Assembly: GCF_036365525.1 (NCBI RefSeq)
Contig: NC_090403.1
Span: forward strand, 51,089,095 to 51,153,094
Source: Heterodontus francisci
Lineage: Eukaryota
Direction: 5' to 3'
DNA length: 64,000 nucleotides
Part shown: positions 37,255 through 49,605 of the stretch, piece after piece
Layout of the letters: every line of letters starts with the position of its first letter
How positions within the stretch are numbered: position 1 is the stretch's first letter
Notes under the pieces: generated by a model
What the model saw: the letters and a program-made list of their open reading frames with translations, nothing else
Told to the model about the DNA's origin: nothing
Databases searched by the model: none
Program-made: the position numbers and the translations under genes

Positions 37255-37354
37255 GATCATGGTGGGACATCGAACAATGGCTGGCTCGTGGACTATTTTT
37301 ATAAACATGGACCAGCTCAAAGGTACCTTACCAAGAGAAATGTGTACGGGGCAG
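37255..37354 (+). CDS. SPMAP1: SPMAP1/C17orf98 coding exon 2
   Basis: gttAG | DHGGTSNNGWLVDYFYKHGPAQRYLTKRNVYGA(G) | GTATGT; 100 nt; human DHGGTGRDGWIVDY..QRYLNRRN. Confidence 0.92.
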
Positions 37355-38625
37355 GTATGTAGTTTTAAATCCTTTTGAAGAAAATTAGTTCTGTTGTCTT
37401 ATTTATTGATTTTGTTTTCAGTATAGATCAGATATTTCAAAAAGGGGAGAACTGACTGTGGAAGCAAATGCCCCAAACTTTGAAATTACCCACTGTTTGC
37501 GTCTAGAACAAAATGTTTTACAAATAAATGTTAGATCTAAGGGTTAGATCAAACGGGTGCCTGCCCTTTTAAAAAATTCAAGCAGCAACATCTGACCCCC
37601 ACTTAGTTCCCATCGACTCGGAAAGTGCAGGAATTCCAGGTGCAATCCCACAGTGGTATTATCTGGATTTATCTGATACTATAGGAGGTTTTTATGTTGA
37701 GAAAACTGACTAAAGGACCATGGTCCATACTGTAAGGTAGCATAAAGGATAAAAACGTAGGACAGATAATGAGGTAAATCAGTAAGTAATGTTTATGTGG
37801 TGCCAGGTTTACTATGATTAGTCAACAACTTCATTATTGTTACATCATGTGACTAGCAGATGACAGAAGGCAAACTAGTTGGACCGTGGTCCTTTTTTCC
37901 ATCTAGTGATTCCTATGTAAGTTAATATTTTAACGGTTGCAGATTGTAAGTGGAAGGGAAGATCGAGAAAGTGAGGAGTTGCATTGTTTTGAGGTCCCGG
38001 AATGGAATGAGTTCCATTCACGGACATTGCAGTGAGACTTGATTTTACCATAGCCACAATGTGAATTGTGACAGGCAAGCATAAGAGGGCTTCCTAAGTT
38101 ATCAAGTTATCTAGCTGAGTGATATTTGGAGATACACGTGTCTCATAGATGTGACAAAAAAGACATTTGGCTTAAAAAAAACCTCAAAATAGTAAAACCT
38201 CAGCAAGATTTGTCCACCAACTGAGAGTACTCTTAAATGGCTATGGTGAAAAAGATAATATTTCAGACCATGGAAGCAAGTGAATTACTTTAACATAGTG
38301 ATTTCAGGAAACATCTAACATAGTGTCCCACCAAAATGTAAACCAATTATATCTATTTCTTACAGGTGCTGACTGATCTGCTATGTTTTATTTCTCTTAC
38401 ACAATCCAATAATTAATATCTTGTTAGGTCAAAGGTCCTCCTGGCTGGGGACAAACCTACAGAGGCCACAACAGCATTTAACTAAAAATCAAAAGATGAT
38501 CAGTATCTTAATTCAGAGCATTTGCAATGATCAAGACAGGTTTGCAATTACTTTCACAAGATTACGAATAGGACTGGTGTGTAAAGTTGGGATAGAAAAA
38601 AGAAGGCTTATTAAACAGTAACTGC

Positions 38626-38735
38626 AGTTCTAATGAAAAGTAATTGACCTGAAACATTAACTCTGTTTCTCTCTCCACAGATGCTGCCTGACCTGCTGAG
38701 TATTTCCAGCATTTTCTGTTTTTATTTCAGATTTT
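38626..38735 (+). mobile_element. Penelope-derived short element, degenerate hammerhead
   Basis: AGTTCTAATGAAAAGTAATTGACCTGAAACATTAACTC...GCTGAGTATTTCCAGC. Confidence 0.75.
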
Positions 38736-40906
38736 GCTTATTAAGAAATGTTTTTTGATGAGTTTCAAGGTCTCTCCCATTTGAAAGCTTTTGTCCAATG
38801 AAATCAAATTAAGAACCAGTTAAAAGCATTTTCTGTACTTGAAATTTTCCCAAATTTTTTTGAAGTCCGGGTTGTTGGGATGGTTATAATGACATAACCA
38901 AAAATAAAAGCTGTTGCTTTCCCAAAGAAATGAACTTTCTCTGTACTTCATGACATTGACGAACTTTGACACTTTCTTCACAGACAACATCTATGTAGAA
39001 GAGTTAATAAAGAACCTCCAACATGGCACATATGATGAAACCTTAAACTTGGGTGCTGATATTCACAGCTCTGAAATGAAAAATGTTCAATTTTGCAACA
39101 CTGGTATTCCTCAATTCAGCACAAAATACATAACAAAAAACCTCATTAAGTATTATGGATACCAAGTGACATTTTTTATGTCTTTGTGATTTTCTGTGGT
39201 GAGATGAGCACAGCATGAGAGAATCTAATTACTGCAACATTGCAGAAAAACAACCTGTACTTGCTTACAGAAGAATTGCATTCTCAGATTAAGCATACAA
39301 GTGGGAAAGGCAAAATGCCTTTGCTTTCTGCAGACTGATTCCAAATGTACACATTAATGCCATGTTGGTAGTTCCCAGTGAGCTGATGGATAATGGCCAT
39401 TGAATCCAATGACACATGGGGTTATTTGGTGCCTAGCAACATGGCATAGCAACAGCATGTGTCTGATTATCATTGTCTCATGATATGTCTCCTTTTCTGC
39501 TTCTGTCAGGTGCTGCATCACTGCTTTGGAAACAATTTGACATGCAAAGGCATTGAATGGACTTTTATTTTTGTAAATGAGGTGAAATTGAGCATCTGGA
39601 GATAACACATTTCATGGTTTTTGACCCTGATGGTTGGAGCATAGAACAACTTGGGGAAAAATTGCACTGGAAAATAATGAACAATTGACATAGCCCAGTG
39701 CTTACTGCATTGGCAACACTGTCATTAATTGCTCAAGTCTTGTCAAGATTTTCTTGCTTTGAAGTTTCAATGGATAACACTGACCAGTATAAAACTGAGT
39801 CAACTACGGAAGATCCCGAATTCAACCCCTGGAGTACGTTGAGTTTGCTAACCTCAGTGGGAGTGACAGTGGGAACATTACAATGCTCCAGAATGTCCTT
39901 GCTCTCAAAGTTACAATTTGAGCAAAGCCAATGATAGGTGATTTCAGGAAAACTCTCTTCACACAAAGGGTTGTGAGAATTTGGAACACTCTGCCCCAGG
40001 CCGCCATAAATATAAAGTCACTGGAGGTGTTTAAATAGAGATTTTTTTTAAAATTGTGCAGTGAGGACATTAAGGGATTCTTTAAAAATAAACTGCAAAT
40101 GCTGGAAATCTGAAACAAGCAGAAAATTATGGAAATAACTGAATGGTACACCTCTGAATCACCACCCTCTCTCTTTAGGATTCGAACTGTCTTGTGTATT
40201 TCCAATATTACCTGTGTTTATTAAGGGATATGGAGGAGAGGCAGGAAATTGAGCTTAAAAGGCAGAACTTCCACGGCTAACAAAAAAAATGATGGGAGCA
40301 GACTCGTTGGGTTGAATGACCTACTTGTGTTTCTATTGATGAATTAAAGCAATCTTTGGTTGTACTTGGAGTACTGCGAACAGTTCTGGTTCCCACACTA
40401 CGAAAGGGATATTAAAGCACTGGAGAAAATGCCGTAAAGATTTACAAGGATGTTCCCAGAATTGAGAGGATGTACTTAGCAGGATAGATTGAAAAGACTG
40501 GGGTTCTTTTCTCTGGAAAAGAGAAGACTAAGGAGATCTGATAAAGGTCTTTATAATTATGGCAGCTTCGGTAGAGAAGATGTGGAGGAATTGTTTTCAT
40601 GTGTGGCTGAGTCCAGAATAAATGGGTATAAATATAAGAGCCACTAACAGATCAAACAAAGAATTTAGGAGGAATTTCTTTACCTGGAGGGTGGTGAATG
40701 CGGAACTTGCTGCCAGTAGGATTGGTTGAAGTAAATAGCATCGACACAGTTAAGGGGAGGCTTAATGCGAGAGAAATGAATAGAGGGTTATGGGAAGAGG
40801 GTGGGAATTGGTAATTGGAATGGGAGGAAGCTTTAGTGAAGAATAAACACTGGCATGGGTTAAATGGCCTGTTTCTGTGTTGTAGATTCCATATAAAACT
40901 CAATAA

Positions 40907-41101
<195 letters not shown>

Positions 41102-43614
41102 CACAGACGCAAAATCCAACAGTGAAAAGACTTAGGACTGCAAACTTTTATATCATTCTTTTCAACATCGACAGGAATGCATATTTTTTACAAGGACCAT
41201 TGTTGATATCAGAGATCTTGGAGAGTTGAAAAATCAATCATCAATTGCTACATTTTTAAATAATTAGCATTATAAGGAAGTCACCTCTTCTAGAGAAACA
41301 AATTGAATGTGGTAATTCTGTGATTATCAAGAATGTCTGTGTAAACAATATATTGTATGTGATTGACTATGCAGGACTCCTTAGATCCTAAAATAAAGCA
41401 TGTTTGTAGGGGCAGAATTTTGCAACTGTATATTGTAAGTTAGCTATTTATCCTGTATTTGATATTATAGATTTCTGCATGGAGGAATTCTTGCTTTGAA
41501 CAGTTCTATTCAAATTCAGGTTGCCTTACCTACACTGACAGAGAAGAATGGCTCATTTGAAGCATAAACACCAGCACAGACCAGCTGGACTGAATGACCC
41601 TTTCTGTGTGTAAGACAGCATCAATCTTGGTTTTGACAGGCTTAACTGCTGCCACTTGCACTGATTTGCCTTCCATACTATTGGCCACTTGGCTGAGCTA
41701 CCTGGGAGTAGGTGGCACTTGTGAAACTGTGCCCAGGCAAGACTAATTTGTACCTTCAGATGTGGCGAGAAAAGGGGAGAAATTGGAAAAGTAAAAACCT
41801 TTACACCACAACATTTTCTGCCATATTTTGTTCCAATTTGGAAATATAGATTGCCACATGTGAGAAGAGCTCTGCCACAAGAGTTTCCACATTTGGTTTA
41901 AGCACCATTTACATTTGAACCACACGTTGATTTCCCTGCTTCACTGTATGCCATTGTTACTAGACAATTTTTGCTACACAGGGGTATAAAGTTTTCAGAG
42001 TCAAGGCAGGTGCTTGGAATTAATATACAGATCAGCCATGATATCATTGAATGGTACGTGCTACTAGGTTAGAAAGTCATGGATTGGAAAGTCATGGGTT
42101 CAAGGTCCACACTAGTTCTTGGGCTTAGAATTCAGACCAACAAAATTTAGATGTTAAACGAGTCTTTGTCTGTCTCTTCAGGTGGATTTGGTGCCATTCC
42201 CCTGGTATCCTGGCCAACATTCCTCCCACAACCTGTACCACCAAAAAAAAGCAACTGATTGGCTACCATAATTGTGTATATGTCAGTTGTGGCTCTGTGA
42301 GTAGCACTGATATCTCTGACTCAGAAGGTTGTGGGTTCAAATCCTACCTCAGAGGCTAGAAAATAAAATCAAGGGTGATATTCCAGTGTAGTTCTGAGGG
42401 AGTGCTATACTGTCAGAAGTGCCATCTTTTGCAAAATGCTTTGGGATGCTGTGAAAAGTGCTATATAAATGCAAGTCTTCATTTTACATAACTATTACTC
42501 AACTCCAAAAAGGCATTCATTGTGTGAACTGCTTAGATTTTAGAGATGTTTTTGACAATGTGATAAAGCACTGCATAAAATGTAAGTATTTCTTTCTTTT
42601 GTTACAATCAGGTGAGGAGGGGTCAAAGGGCTCCCCTCTTTTCCTTCTCCTTGTTTGACCACAACAGGTTTATTTCTTTTTGAAGTGGATATACTTACCA
42701 AGTCAATGAATATTTAACTGTTTACATGCTGTGATCATAAAAATATTCCAATCGGACAGGTTTTCTTGAGTTTAACAAAGAAAAAGGTTAGCTTTATTGT
42801 ACTTAAACCTATCTAAGTAAAAATTTAAAAAAATGCTCCACTTTCAAGCACACACACACGAAGTTCACACACACACACACACACAAATAGATTACAGAGT
42901 GGTGAAGGATAGATTGGTTTAATTTGAATTAGAGTCCAGAGAAATAAAAGGGGTATACAATCTGTGGAGGTTGTTGACTCGGCTGGGTTCAGGTTGAATT
43001 CAGTGGTCGTGCGACTTTAGTGGTACTGAGGCTTCTGATTTGAAGATGTGGATGGTTGATTCAGTGGTTCTCCTGGAGACAGCAATGTGACTGATTTCCT
43101 TCAAAGAGTCTTGGTCTGCAGCAGGGGTATGCCTGGGTGGTCATGGTCAGCAGGCAGGGTTCAAAGCTTGCAAGGTGGATTGGAGAGAGAGAAAAGGAGG
43201 GACCCCACTTGGGTCTTCGCTCTTCAGCTTCTAGCTGCTTGTCTCTCTACTGCAGAGAAAACACCAGCTTAAGCACACAAGGGTGGGCCTGTCACATGAC
43301 CATCACCCAGTGATTCAAACATGGTGGTTACTAGTGTGCATTCCCACTTGCAACTTAATCAATCCATGTCTAGGAATTCCCTTCTTACAGCTATGGTCCC
43401 ATCGTTCAAGTGATTAGGTTTGAATGGTTCATCTCTACCAGTTGAATATTCAGGTATTGGCCTTGATCCCTTGCTGATTGGAATAGATAGGTTGTTCATT
43501 CAGATTCCCCAGGTCCTTGTTCTTGATGGGTCTGTGCAGACAGGCTGTCTCCATCTCAATGCACTGGAATGTGGAAAGATGTAAAATGGAGTGGCCATCT
43601 TGAGCTGCCAGCAT

Positions 43615-44090
43615 TGTGGAAGAAACTAGAGCAAAATAAATCAAACTTCCTCGGATGAGTACTCGCAAACTACTTTATTAACTTGTGCACAAGGAGAACA
43701 AACACAGTAGAGCTCACATTGAGACTCAGTGCGATGTTCTAAAGAATTACAGTCAAACAGTGGCAATTATACTATTCTGCAACCAATAATCTTACAACAA
43801 TATTTCAATCCTTAATTTGCATTCTAAAGCACCAATAATATTACAATTTAATTCTTGCTCTAAACGAATAAGATACAGTAATTTTCAATCCTTCGTTTAC
43901 ATATCTATCTCACCATTGGCCTTGCAGCTGGTACAGCGCAACAACAGAAAGAGACATCAGGCTTCAACAACACTCTTCTTATCTCATCAGCCAGACATGG
44001 CACATTCCTAAGGAACAGTTTTCGTGAGAAACATATTGACCAAGCAAACTCACACCCCTAGTCCAGGGATGGCTCACCTCAGGTTCCACA
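43615..44090 (-). repeat. 3' LTR of ERV
   Basis: 476 bp; AATAAA on - strand at 43674-43679; preceded on - strand by PPT AAAAGGGGGGAAG (44091-44103). Confidence 0.96.
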
Positions 44091-44339
44091 CTTCCCCCCT
44101 TTTGGCCTGGAAGGACAACTGCCAGGTCTCACTCAAGTTCTATATTTGCTAGCCGTTGGGCTTCATCCTTAGTGGGGTCATGATTCAGAAGGAGGGAGGA
44201 GATGGGTTGTTGGATTGCCACCAGGACCCTGGAGATTCTGTGACCGGCAAACGGAGCAGATGCAACAAAGGAAGAGTTGGATGACAACGTACAGGATGAG
44301 CTGCACAGACCCCCCCCCCCCCCCCCCCTTTGTGCCGCC

Positions 44340-44432
44340 AGCAAGAAGTGAAGGGCCATTGTCGCTAGATATGATTTCAGGGATTCCAAACCTAGGCCCA
44401 TATTCACGTAACAGTAACTTGGCTACAGTAAT
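44340..44432 (-). pseudogene. Retroviral integrase core fragment
   Basis: TVAKLLLREYGPRFGIPEIISSDNGP; removing one base restores SDNGPHF (second catalytic Asp of DDE). Confidence 0.85.
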
Positions 44433-44611
44433 AGCAGCACATAGTTGTATCCCATACATTTAGGCATTTGTATCATCACCATTACATAATCAATTGTGCG
44501 AACATAATACAGCCGCAATTTCATTCTTAGAGCAAATTGACCATTCATTAATTCATTTTAAGTATTTACAAATAGGTTACACAATCACCCTTGTGTGGCA
44601 TAACTAATTGT

Positions 44612-46040
44612 CTATCTTTTATAGAGCAAGTTTGAAAACTGATTGTCTTTAAGGTAGCTGTCCATCCTGTATTCATACATCCTCTCACATCGCCTAATTA
44701 ATTTCTTAAGTTTCCAAATTAAGTATGTCACATCTAACACCATGATACCCAAAACCACTATCAGGACATGGGAGATAATTCTAAACCAGGGGTGCATCTG
44801 CACGTTTGACTCCCAGTTCCATAAGTCCTCCCACCAGGTTGAATCGTTTATCTCGTCAATCTCATCTTGTAGCTTCTTCAACTGTTGTTCCAGATTGTAG
44901 TACACTACAGCAGCGGCCTCTAGCTGCTGTCTCTCTTTACCCAAGCGTGTGGACAATTGCGCAATAGTATATTTATTTTTCTGTCAAACCCTCCTTAATA
45001 TTTTCTGTCTTTCGTTTTTGTATGTCTACCAACTCCATCTTCCCCAAACTGGTTGGTATTTGTGGGTTGAAACAAAACATACTGTTGTTCACCGGACAAG
45101 TCCGGTTATGTCCATACTGGTACTCCTTTGTTGTGGTGGTTAAGCAATATCTCCCCTTTCCCATATAGGCCGCATGGGTTAGCCCTGACAATGCTTTCCT
45201 AGTCTGCATGGTGTAACTTACAGTGGCATTAAACCCACATTTTAATTCTGCCATTTTATATAATTTATCCAAACTGGTACCTGTCCTGCATCAATTTACC
45301 TCCAATTTTCCTTCGTTTGTTCTAACATCCACGGACCATATGTACTACAAACACTTTCATTATTTGAAATGTCGTGGACCTCCTTTACCTTTTCTATGAT
45401 ATCATTAATAGTATGAGCATGACCTTCCCGTACTCTCACCAGTCCTGTCACTGTTTTTGACAGATCCTGTCCTACTTTAGCTACACCACTTCTGTGCCTT
45501 TTGTTCCTTTTTTTAAAAACATCCTTTACTAGCTGACTGAAAGTTCTAACCTTCTGGTCCACATTTTCCAAATCTATAGTATTGACAATTGAAGTTCCTG
45601 TATTAAGGACTGTGGCTGCGTTATTCACTAAACTATGTTTATGGCTCTTTCCCTTTATTATTTTCTCATTACCAAATTCCTGTCTCAACAATTGTTGCAG
45701 TAATACTCTTGGATCGTCTCAGGGCACCAGTCAGGTAGCTGGATATCTGAGATATTCAATATTACCGGTACCAACTCAAGCTTTATATTATCATATACAA
45801 TTTTATTACTTTTTATTATTGCAAGTCCATTTTCTGGTCCTGCAGTCAAGGCCGGGCAAGGGAGATCAGTCACTTGTGGCTGTTGGGTCGTAACCTTACT
45901 CGTTAGTAATTCGGATGTGGGGTTAACCGTGGTGATTGGAGCTTGTTGTCCGTTTAATAAATTTTGAGTGCTGGTTTGATTTCTGGCTCCTTCTCTTGTA
46001 CACCCCCCAATGATTTTGACACAAAAGGTCCCTGGAGGGC
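44612..46040 (-). pseudogene. Frameshifted envelope / class I fusion glycoprotein gene
   Basis: Four consecutive minus ORFs give: Thr-rich N-terminus, decayed basic cleavage site KSHKH|S, fusion-peptide-like SLVNNAATVLNTGTSIVN plus heptad, Cys-containing mid region with N-glycosylation sequons, second heptad, Trp-rich TWWEDLWNWE, TM IISHVLIVVLGIMVL and basic tail. Confidence 0.8.
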
Positions 46041-46083
46041 CTTTGCTGTCAAAATGTGACACACCTGGTAGATTAAATTGTCC

Positions 46084-46156
46084 ACTAAAGTAAAAGCAAA
46101 ATACTGCAGATGCTGAAAATCCGAAACAAAAACAAGAAATGCTGGAAATACTCAGC
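46084..46156 (-). mobile_element. Penelope terminal fragment inserted within the ERV
   Basis: AAAAGCAAAATACTGCAGATGCTG..GAAATACTCAGC flanked by the 14-bp direct repeat AGATTAAATTGTCC (46070-46083, 46157-46170). Confidence 0.85.
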
Positions 46157-46179
46157 AGATTAAATTGTCCGCCAGGCAT

Positions 46180-46470
46180 ATAGTAGTTCTTTGCAGGATA
46201 TTACATAAAGGGGCTGGCTTTAGGTCAAATCCATCAGTAAGGTTCCTGCGATACCCAACAAGGCCCAAAAATGATCTCAGAGCCTTAGTATCTTGTGGTA
46301 GGGGGAGTTGGAAGTTTGAGGATTGTCTGTACTCGCATCTGCTCTGTCTCACGCTTTCCCTGTGTTATCACTATTCTCAAATAATAAACCTTTTCTTTCA
46401 ATATCTGTGCCTTTTCCGGGTTAACTTTCACTCCAACCTTCCAAAGGAGTTGAAGGAGCTCCTCCAGTAG
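46180..46470 (-). pseudogene. Retroviral reverse transcriptase fragment (post-YxDD palm and thumb)
   Basis: LLEELLQLLWKVGVKVNPEKAQILKEKVYYL..., then after a frameshift LPQDTKALRSFLGLVGYRRNLTDGF..APL. Confidence 0.85.
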
Positions 46471-48854
46471 GTCAATTGTCTCATTGATAAAGATGCTGTG
46501 ATATTTGATGTCTGCAATTAAGTTTTTAAATTCTTAAAGCTGCTGGATCTCTTGTTGGGCATCAGTTCTCATGTGGCCTTGGAACCTGCCGTCACCTGCT
46601 TAAAAAACACAAAGAATCCATTGTGGCTCTGCCCCTGAGCCCAATGGGCTAATTTGTCCAATTCTATCTGTCAATTTAGAAATTTAAGGTTTAATAATGT
46701 CCATTATATATAAATTTTACTCTCAGCAATGCAAAATTGTGCGGTGGGTTAAATGGAAAAACAGCAGCTGCAGCGGGGGTTTTTTTTTCAAGGGGCGGAG
46801 CAAAATTGTCTCAGCTGCGTCACTTTACAAAACCTTTTTCTTCTCTCATCGAAAAAAAACCACACTCCATTTTAATCTATTTTTTAAAATCCTTTTGGTA
46901 TTCTTAGGGTTGCTCTCCTTTGAAGTTGAAAATGCCACAAATGCTTCCGTTGCTTTCCAAATAACAAATCACATCTGCACACTTACACTGGTATTCCACT
47001 GTCATGCCACATATTCTGAACTCTCAGGTGATCTTATCAAAAGATCAAATATCATCGGTGAGGAAAAGTGGGGGGGGGGGCACTAGTGGTGTCTATCTGA
47101 GATCTTTGCTTAACTCCCCCTGCAGGGTCCTGATGTCTCAGGTTATGGCCAGACTTTCAAATGTAGCTCTCTTAAAAACTCATATCTCCAAGAGAAAACT
47201 ATCAATTGCTAGTCTTATCTACACTTTCCTGACTTTCACTGGAAAATTCGAGGCTTCTTGGAAATTAGCTGTTTATTTCACTATTTGTTTATCCCCAGAA
47301 TTCCTTTATTAGCGCTTGCATCAGCCAGATCTGATTGCCAATTCCTATTAATTATAATTCTATTTCATTTTGAGCCCTGGAGAACCTTTACAATTTATAT
47401 TCATAATTCCTTAAAACAAAAATCAAACATTTCCATTTGATTCCAGACATTAGTGTATATTGTTTGTGTTTTTTTTACCTTAGATGACATTTTAACTCCT
47501 TAAATAACTTGCCAAATTAAACTGGATTTTCGACATCTCACATTATTCCAAATTCAAATAACAGTAAATTTCCCTTTGAGTGCTTTACATAACCACTCAT
47601 ATCAATTAAATTTTGTTTATTGATTCCAATTTCTTATGCCCAGACTTGGTTGTACTTTTTGTACGTTAAAGACAGAAGTGCTTGCAACTATCTCTCCTTC
47701 TCAAGCACTTTGTCTCATTGATAAAGATAGTTGCAGCAGGGTTAATTTCTTGCTGGTCTCCAAGGGGGCGGAGCAAAGCATTCTTCGCTGCGTCGCTTTA
47801 CGTAACCCTTTTGTTTTAATGGAAAAGAACTAAACTCCTTTTTAAATGTTTTTTTTTATCCTTAAATAAGAGGTTTCTAATCCAAGGATTATTATTTTTT
47901 TTAAAACAAAGATGATTCCAAATTCCAATTCACTGCAATAATATTTAAAAATCAAAACTGCCAATGTTATATGAGTGAGCCCTCTGTCCGGAACTGAAGA
48001 CTCCTCCAAAACATGACATAATAAACTTGAAAGTTCATTGTGGCAACAAATGAAATTTCCAGTTCTTCAACTTAAACAGGTCAATTAACCTTAACAGTAT
48101 TAATTCAATTCAGACTTATTAACTTATACTACTTATTAACTACACACAGAACAGAATAGCACGTGCTTATTTTAAAAGATAGGTAAATTACGTCATTTTT
48201 CTTGTTCTTCAGGCGCCTTTCAAATGACTGTAATAAAACCAAAAACTAAAGAAAAAGTTATTTAACATTCTTACAACAAAAGATTTAACACTAGGTCCTT
48301 ACACAAACTTTAATCTTTCCTATATCTCCTTTGTTTATCCTTCTCTCCCTTAAACCAATATCCAATTCCTGACATTTGCTACTTAAAACAGTCAGTAAAA
48401 CATGTCTTTAATTTAAACTCCAAAAAAAAACTAGAACAGATTTTAAACTGGAACTCCAATTAAAGCAGTGTTTTAAACTTCAAATTGGATTTCTGCCAAA
48501 CCTCTTCAGATCTTCAAGGCTGAAGCTTATCTCTTAGAAAATTGTTCATTGCCTTTTCACAGTTGCAAAACCAACTTTTAAAATCAAAATAAAATTTTAA
48601 CTTAAAATATAATTCAATTTTATATCCCATTCCTGGGTGCACAACACTAAATAGAAATGAACACACTCAACAATCACTTTTCACACTCTTTCAATTCCAA
48701 ACAACTTAATAGACTCATGCTTTCAACATTAAAGCCAGACAACAAAGAGTTAACGACAGTCTACAGAACACAAGCTGTACATCCCAGACATTCAATTCAT
48801 GGAAGCTTCCAACATTCACACACTTGAATCAAAAGACACAGTAACTTGTTTTTA

Positions 48855-49165
48855 CTCACTTGAAATTTCCTCCTCCTGATCAACAGGAGGTTCAGACTCC
48901 TTAGGAGCCGGCCCCTTTTGTGTTTGCATGACCAGGATCCTGGCTTTGGGTGCCTGTCTCACTTCCTCAGTCCTTCGTACACTTTCCTGACTCTTCCGCG
49001 ACTCATCTAAGCACTTCAGCATTCGGTCCTTATTAAAGGTACCGTTGGGCGGGAACATCTTTCCCCTACCCTGCGTCCATTTCACCAATCTTGGGACATA
49101 TAGAATGCTTTCAGGCCCATAATGTATCTACATATATGCATTAGGTGTTCCCTTAATTACAACAA
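48855..49165 (-). pseudogene. gag matrix-like N-terminal fragment
   Basis: GTPNAYM*IHYGP..LVKWTQGRGKMFPPNGTFNKDRM; the W..(W/F)PPNG(T/S)F motif and position after the leader fit retroviral MA. Confidence 0.6.
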
Positions 49166-49581
49166 AAGCTAATTAGACTTTACCTTACCGGCCGACTTCC
49201 GAATTACCTACCAATCTCGTCGACCTGGCTCTAACGGGGCCTCTAACCCCAAGAGGGACTCGAACCACCCTCCGAGGGGGCCTCTAACCACCCTCAAACT
49301 CCTCCGGATCCGGACGGAGACTCTAACCCCGAGGGGGACTCTAACCACCCTCTGAGGGGAACTCTAACCTCCCTCAACCTTTGACGTCAAACCGGGGACT
49401 CTAACCCCGAGGGGGACTCGAACCTCCCTCAAACTCTTCTGACTTACCCCGGTAGTGCTACACAGGTGAGCGTGTGCGTTTCCTCGGTCAAAACCTCGTA
49501 ATGCCGAAATCAGGCAGCCGCGGTCATCGAGCTGTTGACCCGCGAGGCACCACGCTATTCTCCCGTGCTAGGGGGTTCGTC

Positions 49582-49599
49582 ATCTCGGTGGAACCTCCA
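49582..49599 (-). other. Primer-binding site complementary to tRNA-Gln
   Basis: Minus strand TGGAGGTTCCACCGAGAT is an 18-nt complement of the vertebrate tRNA-Gln 3' end (ATCTCGGTGGAACCTCCA). Confidence 0.92.
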
Positions 49600-49605
49600 A
49601 GAAAC

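Noticed and set aside
38421-38621. Possible extra SPMAP1 exon after TTGTTAG
   Set aside because: No similarity to C17orf98; exons 2 and 3 already join in frame to give the full-length protein.
46084-46179. Hydrophobic N-terminus of ORF 45685-46179 as an env signal peptide
   Set aside because: It is encoded by the inserted Penelope fragment and its duplicated flank, not by the original env.
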